A stretch of DNA of 63,428 nucleotides, the filler included, from Licmophora abbreviata (lineage: Eukaryota), in NCBI GenBank assembly GCA_900291995.1. It is 10 parts of 10 records of this genome, joined end to end, with 100 filler letters (N's around TTAATTAATTAA, not from the genome) between each part and the next. Parts side by side here need not be neighbours in the genome. Positions count along the whole stretch, not along the records: positions 12,440 to 29,055 come from OLMU01003049.1; positions 29,156 to 36,044 come from OLMU01003050.1; 8 more parts are not named here. One strand, 5' to 3'. A program made the position numbers and the translations under genes. The notes beneath the pieces were generated by a model. It searched no databases. It was not told the DNA's origin and worked only from the letters and a program-made list of their open reading frames with translations. Shown here in pieces: positions 20,707-32,335 of this stretch. Position 1 is the first letter of the stretch, and the number at the start of each line of letters is the position of its first letter.

Positions 20707-23700
20707 ATGTCGGAGGATGAGGAGGCATCAGGGCCTCCCCCCGCACTGGCAGACGACGCGTTGCCAGATACCGCCATGCTGGACAGTGAACAGCTCAATT
20801 CGGAGGCCTTTTTGGAGGCCTTGGAGAATCGCTATGTTCAACTGCAACAGGAGAAGGACGCTCTGGAAACGGCCGTCGCCGAAAAGGATTCCACGATCCA
20901 GGATCTTCGTGTCTCTCAACAGGACATGCAGCAGAGTCTCTTGACCAAAGAGACAGAGCTGGCGGAAGCGCAGCGCGAATCCTTGATCTATAAGGAAACC
21001 GGTGAAACGATCCAAAGTGAAAATCAGACCAAGCAGGAACGAATGGATCGGATGCAGGCCGAGGCAGATACCCTGCGAGCGGAAATTAGGTACGAGATGT
21101 GGTAATTTGGAATGACTGCGTGTGTGCCACAATCCTGCAAATCAAATTCACGCTTTTCCTTTTTGTCAACGCAGTCGACTTACGGAACGCAATGCAGTGT
21201 CTACTGAACGAATTGCAGAGCTGGAAACCATGTCAAAGCTTTCCGAGTCGGAGGCAGTCCCCCTTCAATACGAAGTCAATCGCACTCGCAAGGAACTCGA
21301 TTCTCTGTCGAGTCACACCCAGTGGCTTGAAACCGAGTTGGAGGATCGTAACAACAAGTTGATGTCGCTGCAGCAAAAGCATAGTGCGGAGCTCATGGAA
21401 ACGCGACAGTCGCTCGATCGCGCCACCGAAGGGCGAGACGAAGCTGCTCGAATGTTGTCCAAGGTGGAACTATCCAATGAAACTCTACAGAGACAACTGG
21501 AGCAGACCTCTACCGAGCTTAAGGATTCCAAGCAGGAAGCGGCGACAGCTGTGGAATCGTCGCAGACAGAACTCGTGCAAGAAAGGCGCTTGGTGGATCT
21601 ACAGAAGGAACAGCTGGATCGGCTGAGGACCAAGTACGATGATGCCGTGAAGGAGCTCGAGTCGCAGCGCTCGTTGGCCAGGGAGGCGTCCACCAAGACA
21701 CAAGAGCAGGTCGCCGCCCTAGAGTCAGAGCTCAAGGAGGCATCAGAGCGCGTTCTACAGGAGCAGGCAAGTAATTTCGAGCAGCAGCTGGGTGCACTTC
21801 AGACGCAAGTGGAAGAGGCCGTGCGCAAGCGTCAGGAGGCCGAAGATGGACTGCTCAACGCGCCCCGCCATCGCATTGTTGGCGCATCCATAGCGGAGAA
21901 CCCTGACCGACTGTTGGGTGCTGCCGAGGGTGACGAGGAACCTCTGAGCTTGACAGACCTCTATGAGCGTCTTAGCCAAACTGAAGATGAGCTGCGTGCG
22001 GAGAAAAAGGAGACGATGACCCTGAGGCTCATGCTGGACAAAATCCATGCTGATATAGCGGCCAGGACCCCGAAGATGGTTCGGCAGCGGCAAGAGTATG
22101 AGCGAGCCATGATGGAGGCCGACGAGGCACGTGGTCGACTCAAGGAAGCCCTGAGTGAAGTCAATTCTTTCCGCCAGGAGAACAGGGAACTGAACATCGA
22201 AAAGACTGAGTTGACTAGCAAGAATCGTGAACTGCAACAGGAGTCGCGCGATCTCGCGAAACAAGTGCAGGCTCTGCTTCGCAGCCGTGCTGGCGAAGAT
22301 CCCGGGGAAGGCATTCCCGTGTCAGTGGCTGATATTCAAACTCAGAACCAAACGTTGCTTCAGGAACATCGTCGTCTCAGTAATGACCTCTCGGATCTAA
22401 GAGAGCAGCTAAGAACTGACCCGCTCAAAATCCGCTGCGAAAAGGCGGAGCGAGAAAGGGACACTTTGCGAGAGAACGAGAAACGCCAGGAAACACTTGT
22501 GGCTGGGATCGTTCAGCAACGTGACCTGTATCGGGCTTTGTTAGCGAAGCACGATACCGCCCTGATCAACGAATCGACGACTGAAATCATTGAAGCGCAG
22601 TCCGAGAAAACGAAAAAACTAGAAGAACTCAAGATTTCTCTCGAAACTGACCTGGCGAAGGCCATGACAGAGTTAAGTGCTGCAAACAACGGAAAGGAGG
22701 TTCTCGAGCAACGCGCGGCTCGTTATGAAGCGCACACTTCTGAATTGACATCTTCGGTCGACAAGCTTCAGGCTCAGTTGGGCTCGGCTATGGCGGACAT
22801 TGCTAGGAGCGAGGCCGACGCCGGCTATCACCGCAACAAATGCACACGACTGGAGGAGTCACTGCAGCTCGCCCGCGATGAATCGATCCGTATCCAGGAT
22901 GCTAAGGATCAGATGCAGACTGTGAACGGTGAACTGCAGCAGACAGTTGCGAACGCGAACTCACGAGTGATGCAATTAGAACACGAGCTTCGGCAAGTGC
23001 AACGGAAATTGAACCTTTCCGAAGCTCAGGTTCAGACCGCAAAGGCATCCGAAAGTCGCTTATCACAGGAGGTGGCACAGCTTCGGAATGATGTCGCGCG
23101 TCAAGGTGCTCTCTTGGAATCGGTCCAGCGTATTGAAGCTAGCTTGTCCGCAAAGAGTGCGGAGCAAACGGACGCACTCAAGGAGGAAGTGGGTCGACTC
23201 ATGCAGAGAATCGACACGGATCAGTCCAAGCATTCGCTTGAAAGTGAGAGCCTCAGCGGCCGAGTTCGTGAACTCGAAGCTGACTTGAAGGAGCTTGATT
23301 CGAAAAGAGAAGCCGCAGTTGCTTCGATGGTGAAGGCCAAGGAAGAGTCTGCATCAACCATGGCAAGAATGAAAAGCTTGGAGTCGCGTTGCAATCAGCA
23401 AGAATTAGAGCTACGATCGACGAAGAAGAAGCTGGGAGAAAACAACGAGACCGAAGAAGAAAATCCGGAGGTCGAACTGCAGAACAAGGTGGATTCCCTG
23501 ACGACGGATCTTGAAGAAGCGAGATCAGAGCTAGCGACAACGCTACAACGAGTGGAAGACTACCAGAAAATTGCGAAGGCAAGTGAGGATGCGCTGGGCG
23601 ATCTGACACGATCGACGAATGAGTACAAGAATGCGAAGGATACAGAAGTAGAGGAGCTGAAGAAGACAATCGACAGCCTAAAGGCAGATTCTGAGTCGAA

Positions 23701-26700
23701 GCAAGAAGTAATCGTCGATCTCACAAAAGATCTCTCGAGTCAGCGCGGTGAGCAGGACAAGGTGGTCGCTGAAATCAAGGGTAAGGTTACGCATTTGGAA
23801 GAAGAGGCGACCGCATTGCGGAAGGACGCCGAAGCAGCGACTTCACGGGCATCGGCAATCGAAGCCGAAATCGCCACGTATCGATCAGAGGCCATAGCAG
23901 CACAAAACAACTATGAGCGAGAACTGAATCTTCACTCGACGGCCCGCACGGATCTGCGCAAAGCTCGAGAGAACACTGAGACCGAGATCAGACTTCGAAA
24001 GATCTCGGAAGAGCAGCTCGACAGCCTGCGACTAGAAATTGAAGAGAAAGGAAGAATGTGGCTCGAGGAGAGATCGGCCTTGCAAACCACTGTGAAAAAC
24101 CTTGAAAAATCACTTGAGGAGAGTAGGGCGCAGAGTGATGTGCTGCATAGCCAGCTTGCCACCCTTGGCGATCAGGTCGAACGGAGTCAGTCCGAGCGGA
24201 TCGATGCAGCCACAGAAGAAGGATCTGTTCTGGACACTGAAGAAGTTGGCGCGTTGCGAAAGACAATTACTGAGCTGCGAGAGGTGGTGAGATTTCTGCG
24301 CTCGGAGCGAGAAGTGTCGCAGGCTCAAGTAGACGCAGCTCGCCGAACAGCTGAACGCGAAAAGGCTGCCACGGTTGTGACAAGGAGAAGCCTCGAAGAG
24401 GCTCGTGCGGAACTGAAGGTTCTTAGAGATAGACATGTTGCATCGTCGGTAGAACCTTCAGAGCGTGACGATGCAACGTTGACTAGTCTGAAGGCGGCGG
24501 AAGATCAGCTCACCTTGCTTCGTGAAAGCAACAAGCTTCTTCGCGACGAAACCGTGGTATTGAAGACATCCGTTGGGGCGCTCAAGTCGGAGTTGGACGC
24601 GACAAAGGTCTCGATGGCTCCCAACGAGAAGAAGCAACGTGAGCTCGAGGTTGAAAAAGTCGCTCTTGAAGCAGAGAAGGCGAGCCTGCTTCGAGAGATC
24701 GAAGCATGGAAAGGAAGAGTTCACAGTTTGGTTTCAAAGTTTCATCAGGTAAGTTCAAGTGTGTGGTTGTCCAATTGATCTAGAGGAAAGAAACGAGAAG
24801 ACTAACGTGCTCCCGATCATGTCTAGATTGACCCAGAGGATCACAAGAAAGCTCTAAAAAAGGTTGAAGACTTGTCAAAACAGTTTGATGAAGCCGAGTC
24901 GCAGAAGGCTGGTGCACAGAAAGAGCTCTCAAGCGCTAAGACGTTGATGTCACGTATGAACAAGGACCTTGCTGCTCAGAAAGCGCTTGTAGAAACGCAC
25001 AAAAAAATGGTCCTGAAGATGCAATCGGCTGCTTCCTCCAAGGCGTCGGCAGAAGTGGTCAAGGAACGCAACGAACTGAAACAGAAAATCAATCAACTTG
25101 AAGAGTCGTCCAAGGCAACTAAAACCGAGCTTGACGGAGCGAACCAGAGGATTGAGGGACTCAAAAATCATCTTCGAAACTTCCAGAAGCAGATATTGGA
25201 CTTGCGAAAGAAGAATAGTGAATTGGAAAAGGCGGCGAGAGCGCCCACTGCCTCAGCTCGCTCGACTGTCTCCGACAAAGCAACCGAAACTCAAGGAGAA
25301 GCAGCTCGGAAGGCGTCTCCTCCTACAGCCACAAGGCCGACTCCAGACGAGACCCGGGGGGTTGTGGCCGCGGAGACAAGCGAAGATGAGAGAAAAACCG
25401 AAAACGTTGCGTTCACTCAGGCAAAAGTTCAGAAGAAGCCATTGCCTACCCTGCCAATTGGCGGGTTCAAGTTTGGACCTGGCTCAACTGAGTCTTCCAA
25501 GTCAGATGCTCCAGGGGCTGATGGCCCGCCGAAAGCTCTGTCCGATCCGGCCAAGGGGGAAAAAGAAAAGTCAGTCGCCGAGACAGAGACGCAGCGACCC
25601 GTAGAGGCAACCAAAACGATGTCTGCCGAAGATAAAATTCGCGAAAGGCTCCTTCAACGAAAGCGCAAGGCTCTCGAGGGTCTAGAGAAAGCAAAGGGTT
25701 CAAAGTCGATCAAAGCCACGGGCGCAACAGAGTCAAAGCCCGCCGAGAATTCCCTTGAACCCAGTGAGGAGAATGTGGCTAAGGAGCCAGAGATGGCAAC
25801 CGTTCCCCCGGCGCCCGTCCCAACGCCTTCTACTCCTTCGAATCTTTCGGTCGCTGCAGCTCCATTTAAACCATCATCTGTTCCGACGGAGCCTGAGGCG
25901 ACCGCGAGAGAAGACGCTGTCTCTGGCGAGAAGCCAGCAGTCGAAGTACCCGTGTCCCAAGCTGATGAGGAATCTGCACCGGCCGAAGAATTCAAGGACG
26001 ACGATCAGGGTGAGCCTGAAGTGCCTTCATCCGAAGCCACCGGGGATGTAAGTACGGAGGAAGGTGAGCAAACGTCTTCAGTCAACGCTACGGAAGAAGG
26101 GAACGGTGAAGGCGAATACACAAAGGAACAGACAAAACCAGCAGCTTTTGGATCATCTACGACATTCGGCTCAGGATTTGGAGGCAGTGCGGCGCCCTTT
26201 GGAGGTGGAGCATTTGGGTCAGCTGCTCCGTCGGGTTTTGGAAGTGCCCCGTTTGGCTCAAAAACGTCAGGCGAAGCAAGTTTTGGCAGTGGCAGCTCGT
26301 TTTTGGACATGAAACCTCCCGGGTCCAGCTCCGCACCCTTCTCGTTCGGATCTTCTCCCAACATTAAGCTCCCTCTCCCAGCGATGGGTGCCCCTGTCCC
26401 ATCAAAGACGACGTTTGGATCATTTGGTGGGGGCGTGGCGCCTTCAGCGTCGAAGACGGCGTTTGGCGGTGCGTCTCAGACCCACCAACCTTTGTTTGGG
26501 TCGTCGGCTGGGACGAAGAGTCCGGCTCCAGAGAACGACGATACGGAACAGGCAAACGAAGCGAAGGAACCGCGTATTGAGGAAGACGACGAGGGAGAAG
26601 GTGACGCTGAAGGAGATACCATCGAAGCAGACGATGCAGAAGACGACGATGAAGAGTACGAGGGTGACGAGACTGGGGGCGACGAAGAAGCGGAAAACGG

Positions 26701-26737
26701 GGAGGAGGATGAAAATGAACAGGAAGCAGAGGAATAA
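20707..26737 (+). CDS. TPR: Nucleoporin Tpr/Mlp1-like nuclear basket protein; exons 20707-21089, 21175-24748, 24827-26737
   Basis: Very long coiled coil with Tpr/Mlp hallmarks: LSLTDLY, IAARTPKMVRQRQEYE, IVQQRDLYRALL, AQNNYERELNLH, LREVVRFLRSERE, QLTLLRESNKLLRDE, WKGRVHSLVSKFHQ|IDPED. Disordered FG-rich and acidic tail. Confidence 0.88.
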
Positions 26738-26814
26738 TCTACGACGTGCTCGGGATGGCTCGCCACATGCGTAGTATGTATGTCGTTGACTGTGAATGAA
26801 TTTCGCTCTATGTA

Positions 26815-27445
26815 CTAGTTTGTCTCGGTTCGTTCCGCTTGGCGTCGCTCCAACTCGCCTGCGTCGGGCTCACCCGATCTCGCTACAAAGGCCAACCCTG
26901 TCGCCTCCATGAGGCCCTGCTTGGCTTCCTCTTTTGATATTCGATGCTTGATCCAAAACTTGTTGTCAATATGGAGCACAGGGATATCGTACTTGTACTT
27001 GGAGAACCACTCAGAATTTTGGTCGTCGGTAATGTCGACAGCTTCCAACGAATGGGGGTATTCGTCTTGCACCGACTGCAACACCTTTTTGCGAGTGAGA
27101 ATGATTGTTCAGGGTACGACGATTCAAGGACAATGATGAGCCTGGACTTCTCGTTCGACTTACATGCCTGACCTTGTCACAGAGTGTGCACCCCTCCTTC
27201 GTGAATAGTCGAAGGTGGGGCGAGCCGTCGACATCCGACGAGTAGACTATGCCCGACACGCTGCTGCTTTCTTGCGACAGGTTTCGAGCCAAAGCTCGTG
27301 GCAGCCTTGGACAGCTTTCCGTCCATGTTTTCTTTCTAGTAAGAACATGGAAGGCAGAGGAGCGGGCGATAAGCAGCATAGCTATAAGAAGTAGTACTCC
27401 ACTGCCACCCAAGAGAACAAACCGGCGGCATCGCAGCATCATCAT
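26815..27445 (-). CDS. Glutaredoxin-like (DUF836) protein with probable bipartite plastid presequence; intron 27085-27163
   Basis: ARSSA|FHV presequence; LFTKEGCTLCDKV, VDITD, KYKYDIPVLHI, KHRI. Confidence 0.82.
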
Positions 27446-27870
27446 GGTGATGTGCGAGTTTGGAGTTTTTGAGAGTTTTGCCGCGCGGCCTCCGCCTGTG
27501 CGCGTGGGAAGTGGAGTGGGTGGGGACGATACTGGGGTGATGAGTTTAGAGTGCATCTCTCGTCGTTGGCGTCATCACTGAGGTCTCCTCGTAAGAACCG
27601 ATTCTTTGCTACTATCATTTGATGAGCGACAGTTGAACCCACAAGCATAATTTTACCGTAACCATGAGTTTCTAGTTCAATAGGCGGCAATCCACTTGGA
27701 GAGAGCCATGTAACATGTAATCATGCTTTGCAGAAGCGCCTTGACCAGTATTTCAACCGTTGCTCTACGAAGCTATACAAACTCCCGTACAATCAATGAA
27801 GCGAAGATACGAGGTTGTCCAGCAGGGCGGTTGCGCCTAAAGATTCGAAGCTCCTGCTGACCACATTCCG

Positions 27871-28778
27871 CTATCGTTGATACTTGGACTCGAGCCCTCG
27901 TATGACCTGCTGCAGTTCAATCCAATGATCCAGAGCTTGCGCTCCGTGCTCCTCCAAATCCTGAACGCCATTCATCGTTATTACTCCATGCGTTTCGCCA
28001 TCCAGTATGATTAATGTCGGAATCTCAAACTTCCTGTCGATGCCCAGCTCTTGCAGTTCCCTTTTGGCGCAGACCTGAAAGTGTTTTTTGAGCGCGGTGC
28101 GTTCTTCCGATGCGAAAGGAACTGGAATCCATTTCCTATCCTGCGTATATTTCTGCATGGAAGATTCACTTGTATCCGAAGACACATGCACAATAGCTAA
28201 CGAGTGCTTTTGCGGCAGAGCATTGTCCATGTAGAGTAGATTTGGGACAGACGCAAAGTGCTCTGTCAACAATTCTGTCGCCGGTGTACTCATGGGACAC
28301 CTGTGGGGAGAATACAATTCCATCAATAAGAAAAGAAGGACTGGGATTCAGTCTCATCGCATACCAACACGTACCAGCTTGCTGCATAGTATAGACCGAC
28401 CAGACTGCTATGCTCCAGAGCGCGATTCAGAGTGTCGAAGTGTGCCAACGGAAGCGGCTCCAGGGACGGGATTGTCTGATGACCAATGACGATGCTCCGA
28501 CTTTCACTAGTGGAACGAACGCTGCCAGTCAAATTGTGTCCCACAAACAAGACCAGAATCAGCAATATGACTCCCACGACGGCACTGGTGGCGGTGGTCG
28601 TCCCACAAAGATAGACGGACCGCCGTTCGCCCAATGGCGGTACTGTTCGTTTTTGTCGTTTTGCAAACAAGTTGGTGTCGTCAGACGTCACTGGCAGTAA
28701 TTGTGTATCTTTTTGATTTCGTCTCTTTTGCATGGTATAGTCGTCTTCGTGAGAGTGAGGAACTGCGCTGTCCATCAT
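27871..28778 (-). CDS. Membrane-anchored thioredoxin/nucleoredoxin-like protein with WCPMS (CxxS) site; intron 28301-28374
   Basis: TM VVGVILLILVLFVG; spliced VGLYYAASW|CPMS; IVHVSSD, WIPVPF, IPTLIILD, VITMNG follow the nucleoredoxin/tryparedoxin pattern. Confidence 0.8.
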
Positions 28779-29055
28779 TTATTGCCATGGTGCTGTGGTC
28801 GACCAGAATGACTTTTTTCGCGACCCGCGCCGATTGCTCAGTCACATATCGACGTCATCACTCATGACTGGATCCACAGACAAGCGCTTCAAAAGGATAC
28901 ATCAGCATCACTACGACGACAAAACAGGGTACCACAGGGATAAATCTGATGTTAGCTATATGCGCCCTTGGCGGTTCGCCTCTCTCTACCGGCAGTGTTC
29001 CGTCCTCGAGACGAGTGAACGATAAGCTGATCCTTTGTGACGAGCGACGCCCAGA

Positions 29056-29155
29056 NNNNNNNNNNNNNNNNNNNNNNNNNNNNNNNNNNNNNNNNNNNNT
29101 TAATTAATTAANNNNNNNNNNNNNNNNNNNNNNNNNNNNNNNNNNNNNNNNNNNN
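29056..29155. other. Artificial contig spacer
   Basis: 44 N + TTAATTAATTAA + 44 N. Confidence 0.99.
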
Positions 29156-29230
29156 GCTGATTCAATCGCTCACAAGTCTCACGCAAACCACATCATCATA
29201 TCATTGTTTCTGTTCGACACTCTTTCCACC

Positions 29231-30160
29231 ATGGCCCCTAATGTTGTTTCGTTTGCGACTAGCATCGCCGATTTGGATCTATCTCTGGTGGATACAACGG
29301 CGAAACCTCTTTCAGAATTGATTCGAGAAGAAGACTGGAGCGCTGTCGAGGCACGAGTAGACCAATGTCCGGCAGAAGTGCGCATGCTCAGCAAGGTGAC
29401 CATTTTTGGCCACAAAGTCCAAGCCTATCCTCTTCACTACCTCATGAGCAAGAAAGACGCTCCGCCTAAACTGACTAATCTGTTTCTGCATCTGGCAAGT
29501 ACCGCCGCAAGTACTCCCGACTCGGAATTTGGCAGTCTGCCGATTCATCTCGCATGTCAACACGATGCTTCCTTGACCGTCATCGAGGCCTTGGTGAACG
29601 AGTTTCCAGAGGGCTTGTCGACTCCGGATAACAATGGAAACCTACCCATCCACTACGCCTGCTCCCTCGCTACTCCCCAAGTCGTTGGCTTCTTGCTGGA
29701 ACGCACGGACGACGAGGCCCTCGCCAGGAGGAACGAACGCAAACAAAACCTCCTGCACCTGGCATGCTCTCGCTACGATGTCTCTGGCGACATGGTCACT
29801 ACGCTTCTCGACGCCAACGAGGTCTTTTCCCACCAACGAGACTGGCAAGGCAGATTCCCTGTCCACAACGCTTGCATGTGGCATGCCGACACTCCCGTCG
29901 TCAAGGCGCTGCTGAAAGCCTACCCCGAAGCCATCCACGCCGCCGACGTGCATGGCCTGAAACCTTACGGTATTAGTCGCAAGTGTGTGGCTCTCAATAC
30001 TTCTCACCCGACGATCCAGGTCCTACGACACTACCGCAAACAACAACACAACTTGTTTGTCCGCGGCATGGACGTGGCGCAGTTTGCTTCGGAAAACGTA
30101 AGCGACCGCCTACACCACCACAATAAGCCTGTTCATGCTCCTCGCAACCTAGTGGACTGA
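29231..30160 (+). CDS. Ankyrin-repeat protein
   Basis: Repeats YPLHY, GSLPIHLAC, GNLPIHYAC, QNLLHLAC, GRFPVHNAC, GLKPY. Confidence 0.88.
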   Translation: MAPNVVSFATSIADLDLSLVDTTAKPLSELIREEDWSAVEARVDQCPAEVRMLSKVTIFGHKVQAYPLHYLMSKKDAPPKLTNLFLHLASTAASTPDSEFGSLPIHLACQHDASLTVIEALVNEFPEGLSTPDNNGNLPIHYACSLATPQVVGFLLERTDDEALARRNERKQNLLHLACSRYDVSGDMVTTLLDANEVFSHQRDWQGRFPVHNACMWHADTPVVKALLKAYPEAIHAADVHGLKPYGISRKCVALNTSHPTIQVLRHYRKQQHNLFVRGMDVAQFASENVSDRLHHHNKPVHAPRNLVD

Positions 30161-30803
30161 GCAGCATTCATAAGCTACCGAATATTCGATGTGTCGATAT
30201 ATGTCAAAGATAGAATTAGTAAAATCTTAATAGAGCAGGTCCTAGTCTACTGCTGTTCTACAAATTGTATGGATGTTCTGATGCGAAGCAACGTATAGTG
30301 GACGAATGATGATCGGAAGCTGAGCTGAATAGAACTGGGAAGAAAATAGCAAACATGGTCTACCTAATTCCAGCTAGAGCTCTTCAGTCCAACATCCCCT
30401 CCTGTTGCCCTCATAGATCTCGATCGTTCACCTTCTGAACAAATTCTAGACTGCCGGTACATGGGCCCTAACGCTCAACGGCTAAGCCTATCATTTTGCG
30501 TTCTGACTGTCACTGCAACGCAAAGAACAATCGGGTGTCACGCAAACTCCGGCAGAATCAATACATCCGGGACGTGCGTTTTGACTCTTATGGCGCTTCC
30601 TCCACAGAAGCAGCTACAGGACGTCAGAGTGACATAGGTCTGTATGTTGACCACAAGTTCAAAGTGGATCTGAAATCGCTGCAATCGACATAATTTGACG
30701 ATTACACCATGGCGGGACGACCGGCCGCGCCATTTCTCGGCGTTGAGATAGATCACTCGGCGGGTTGATCGTACCTAATAGGCTATTGAACGTTGCTTCG
30801 ACC

Positions 30804-32300
30804 ATGTCGTTTGCAGATGAACCGATGGATAGAACTGAATATCCACCTTTGGTCGACATTGGTGTGAATTTGACGCACCCACCACTACGAAAGCACTGGA
30901 AGGAAGTCGTTCAGCGTGCTCTGGATGCTCGTGTTGATCTAATCGTATTAACGGGTACATCCATTCAAAGCTCCAGAGAAAGTATTCATATGTGCCGTGA
31001 GTGGCACCGAGAAAACGGCTCCAGAAATATGGTAGCAACCGTCGGCCTGCACCCTCACAACGCCAAACATTTCCAACCGGAAGCCTCGACGCTCCAAGAG
31101 ATGACCGATACCGTCAACCAAAACCCAGACTTCGTGGTGGCTATCGGAGAATGCGGTTTGGACTTCAATCGAAACTTCAGCTCGCGGGACCAGCAGATTG
31201 ATGCCTTCCGAGGGCAGGTCCGATTGGCTTGTAGACTGAACCTACCGTTGTTTGTGCACGAGCGAGAGGCCCACACGGAGCTGCTGAATATTCTAGATGA
31301 GGTTCAGAGCGAGTCTTCTGCCCTCCCGCCTATTGTCATTCATTGTTTCACCGGTAGTAAGCAAGAAGCTCTGAAGTACTGCGAGCGAGGATATTACGTT
31401 GGTTTTACTGGAGTGATCTGTAAGAACGAACGAGGCGCTCATCTGCGAGACTTGCTTCCAGACGTCCCAATGGACCGTGTTCTGCTCGAGACGGATGCTC
31501 CCTTTATGAGTTTCCATAAGGTAGGGAAGCGACGACATAGTGAGCCAACCGATGTCGTGGACGTGGCAAGAACTCTGAGTCGCTCGACGGGACTGTCATT
31601 GGCGGAAGTATGTGCTGTCACCATGAACAACTCACGGAGATTTTTTCGACTGGAGGAATCAACAAATTCCACAAGGCACGACACCACCACGTTTGAGAAG
31701 CTTCAGCATCGTCTATGGGTTCTCGAGAAGTGGAGAGAGCTGGCCGTGCGCCCGCGGCTAGACGAGTGCGACCCTGAGGATCTCTCGCTGCTTGAAAATC
31801 TAGAAGACGATTGCGGAGAACTCGCGATTCGATGCCTCAAGGCCCGACAACGCATGAACGACAATCTGCCATCACATGAGATAGCCCTTGACAATGATCT
31901 GCACGCCGATATTAGCTCTATTTCGAATGCAGGCTATGGGCTTTATTATCGTCCAAGATTAAAAGGGAGCTTCATCCCAAAGGGACAGACAATTTGTTTC
32001 TACTGCGGACACATTCATAATTTCATGTCTGCGAAAACTGTGGATGACAAGTCGTATTTAATGCTAATTTCCGGAGATGTTCTTGTCGATCCTGGTCCTC
32101 TCCCAAAAATCAAAGCCCGATACATCAATGATCCTCTGAATCCAGAGCGGACAAACTGCACATATGAGCCACAACCAGATCTCTTTCGGAGTGCTGTTGT
32201 AGCGACTCGGGATATCTTGCCGGATGAGGAACTCTTCTCGAGCTACGGAGATGGCTACTGGGCGCAGCAAGGCATCGTCGGAACTTTCTATCGCGGATAG
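30804..32300 (+). CDS. TatD-family nuclease fused to a C-terminal SET domain (single intronless ORF)
   Basis: TatD (~30850-31650): DIGVNLT, TVGLHPH, VAIGECGLDFNRNFS, LFVHEREAH, IHCFTG, LLETDAPF, NSRRFF. SET (~31900-32260): SSISNAGYGLY, ARYINDP, NC, ATRDILPDEELFSSYGDGYW. No stop between them. Confidence 0.88.
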   Translation: MSFADEPMDRTEYPPLVDIGVNLTHPPLRKHWKEVVQRALDARVDLIVLTGTSIQSSRESIHMCREWHRENGSRNMVATVGLHPHNAKHFQPEASTLQEMTDTVNQNPDFVVAIGECGLDFNRNFSSRDQQIDAFRGQVRLACRLNLPLFVHEREAHTELLNILDEVQSESSALPPIVIHCFTGSKQEALKYCERGYYVGFTGVICKNERGAHLRDLLPDVPMDRVLLETDAPFMSFHKVGKRRHSEPTDVVDVARTLSRSTGLSLAEVCAVTMNNSRRFFRLEESTNSTRHDTTTFEKLQHRLWVLEKWRELAVRPRLDECDPEDLSLLENLEDDCGELAIRCLKARQRMNDNLPSHEIALDNDLHADISSISNAGYGLYYRPRLKGSFIPKGQTICFYCGHIHNFMSAKTVDDKSYLMLISGDVLVDPGPLPKIKARYINDPLNPERTNCTYEPQPDLFRSAVVATRDILPDEELFSSYGDGYWAQQGIVGTFYRG

Positions 32301-32335
32301 GGACAATGCGTCACTAAGTGTTTAAATATTCATTG

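Noticed and set aside
30300..30440. ATGATGA plus CTGA motifs resembling a C/D-box snoRNA
   Set aside because: Box spacing is wrong, and no terminal stem or recognisable rRNA guide was seen.
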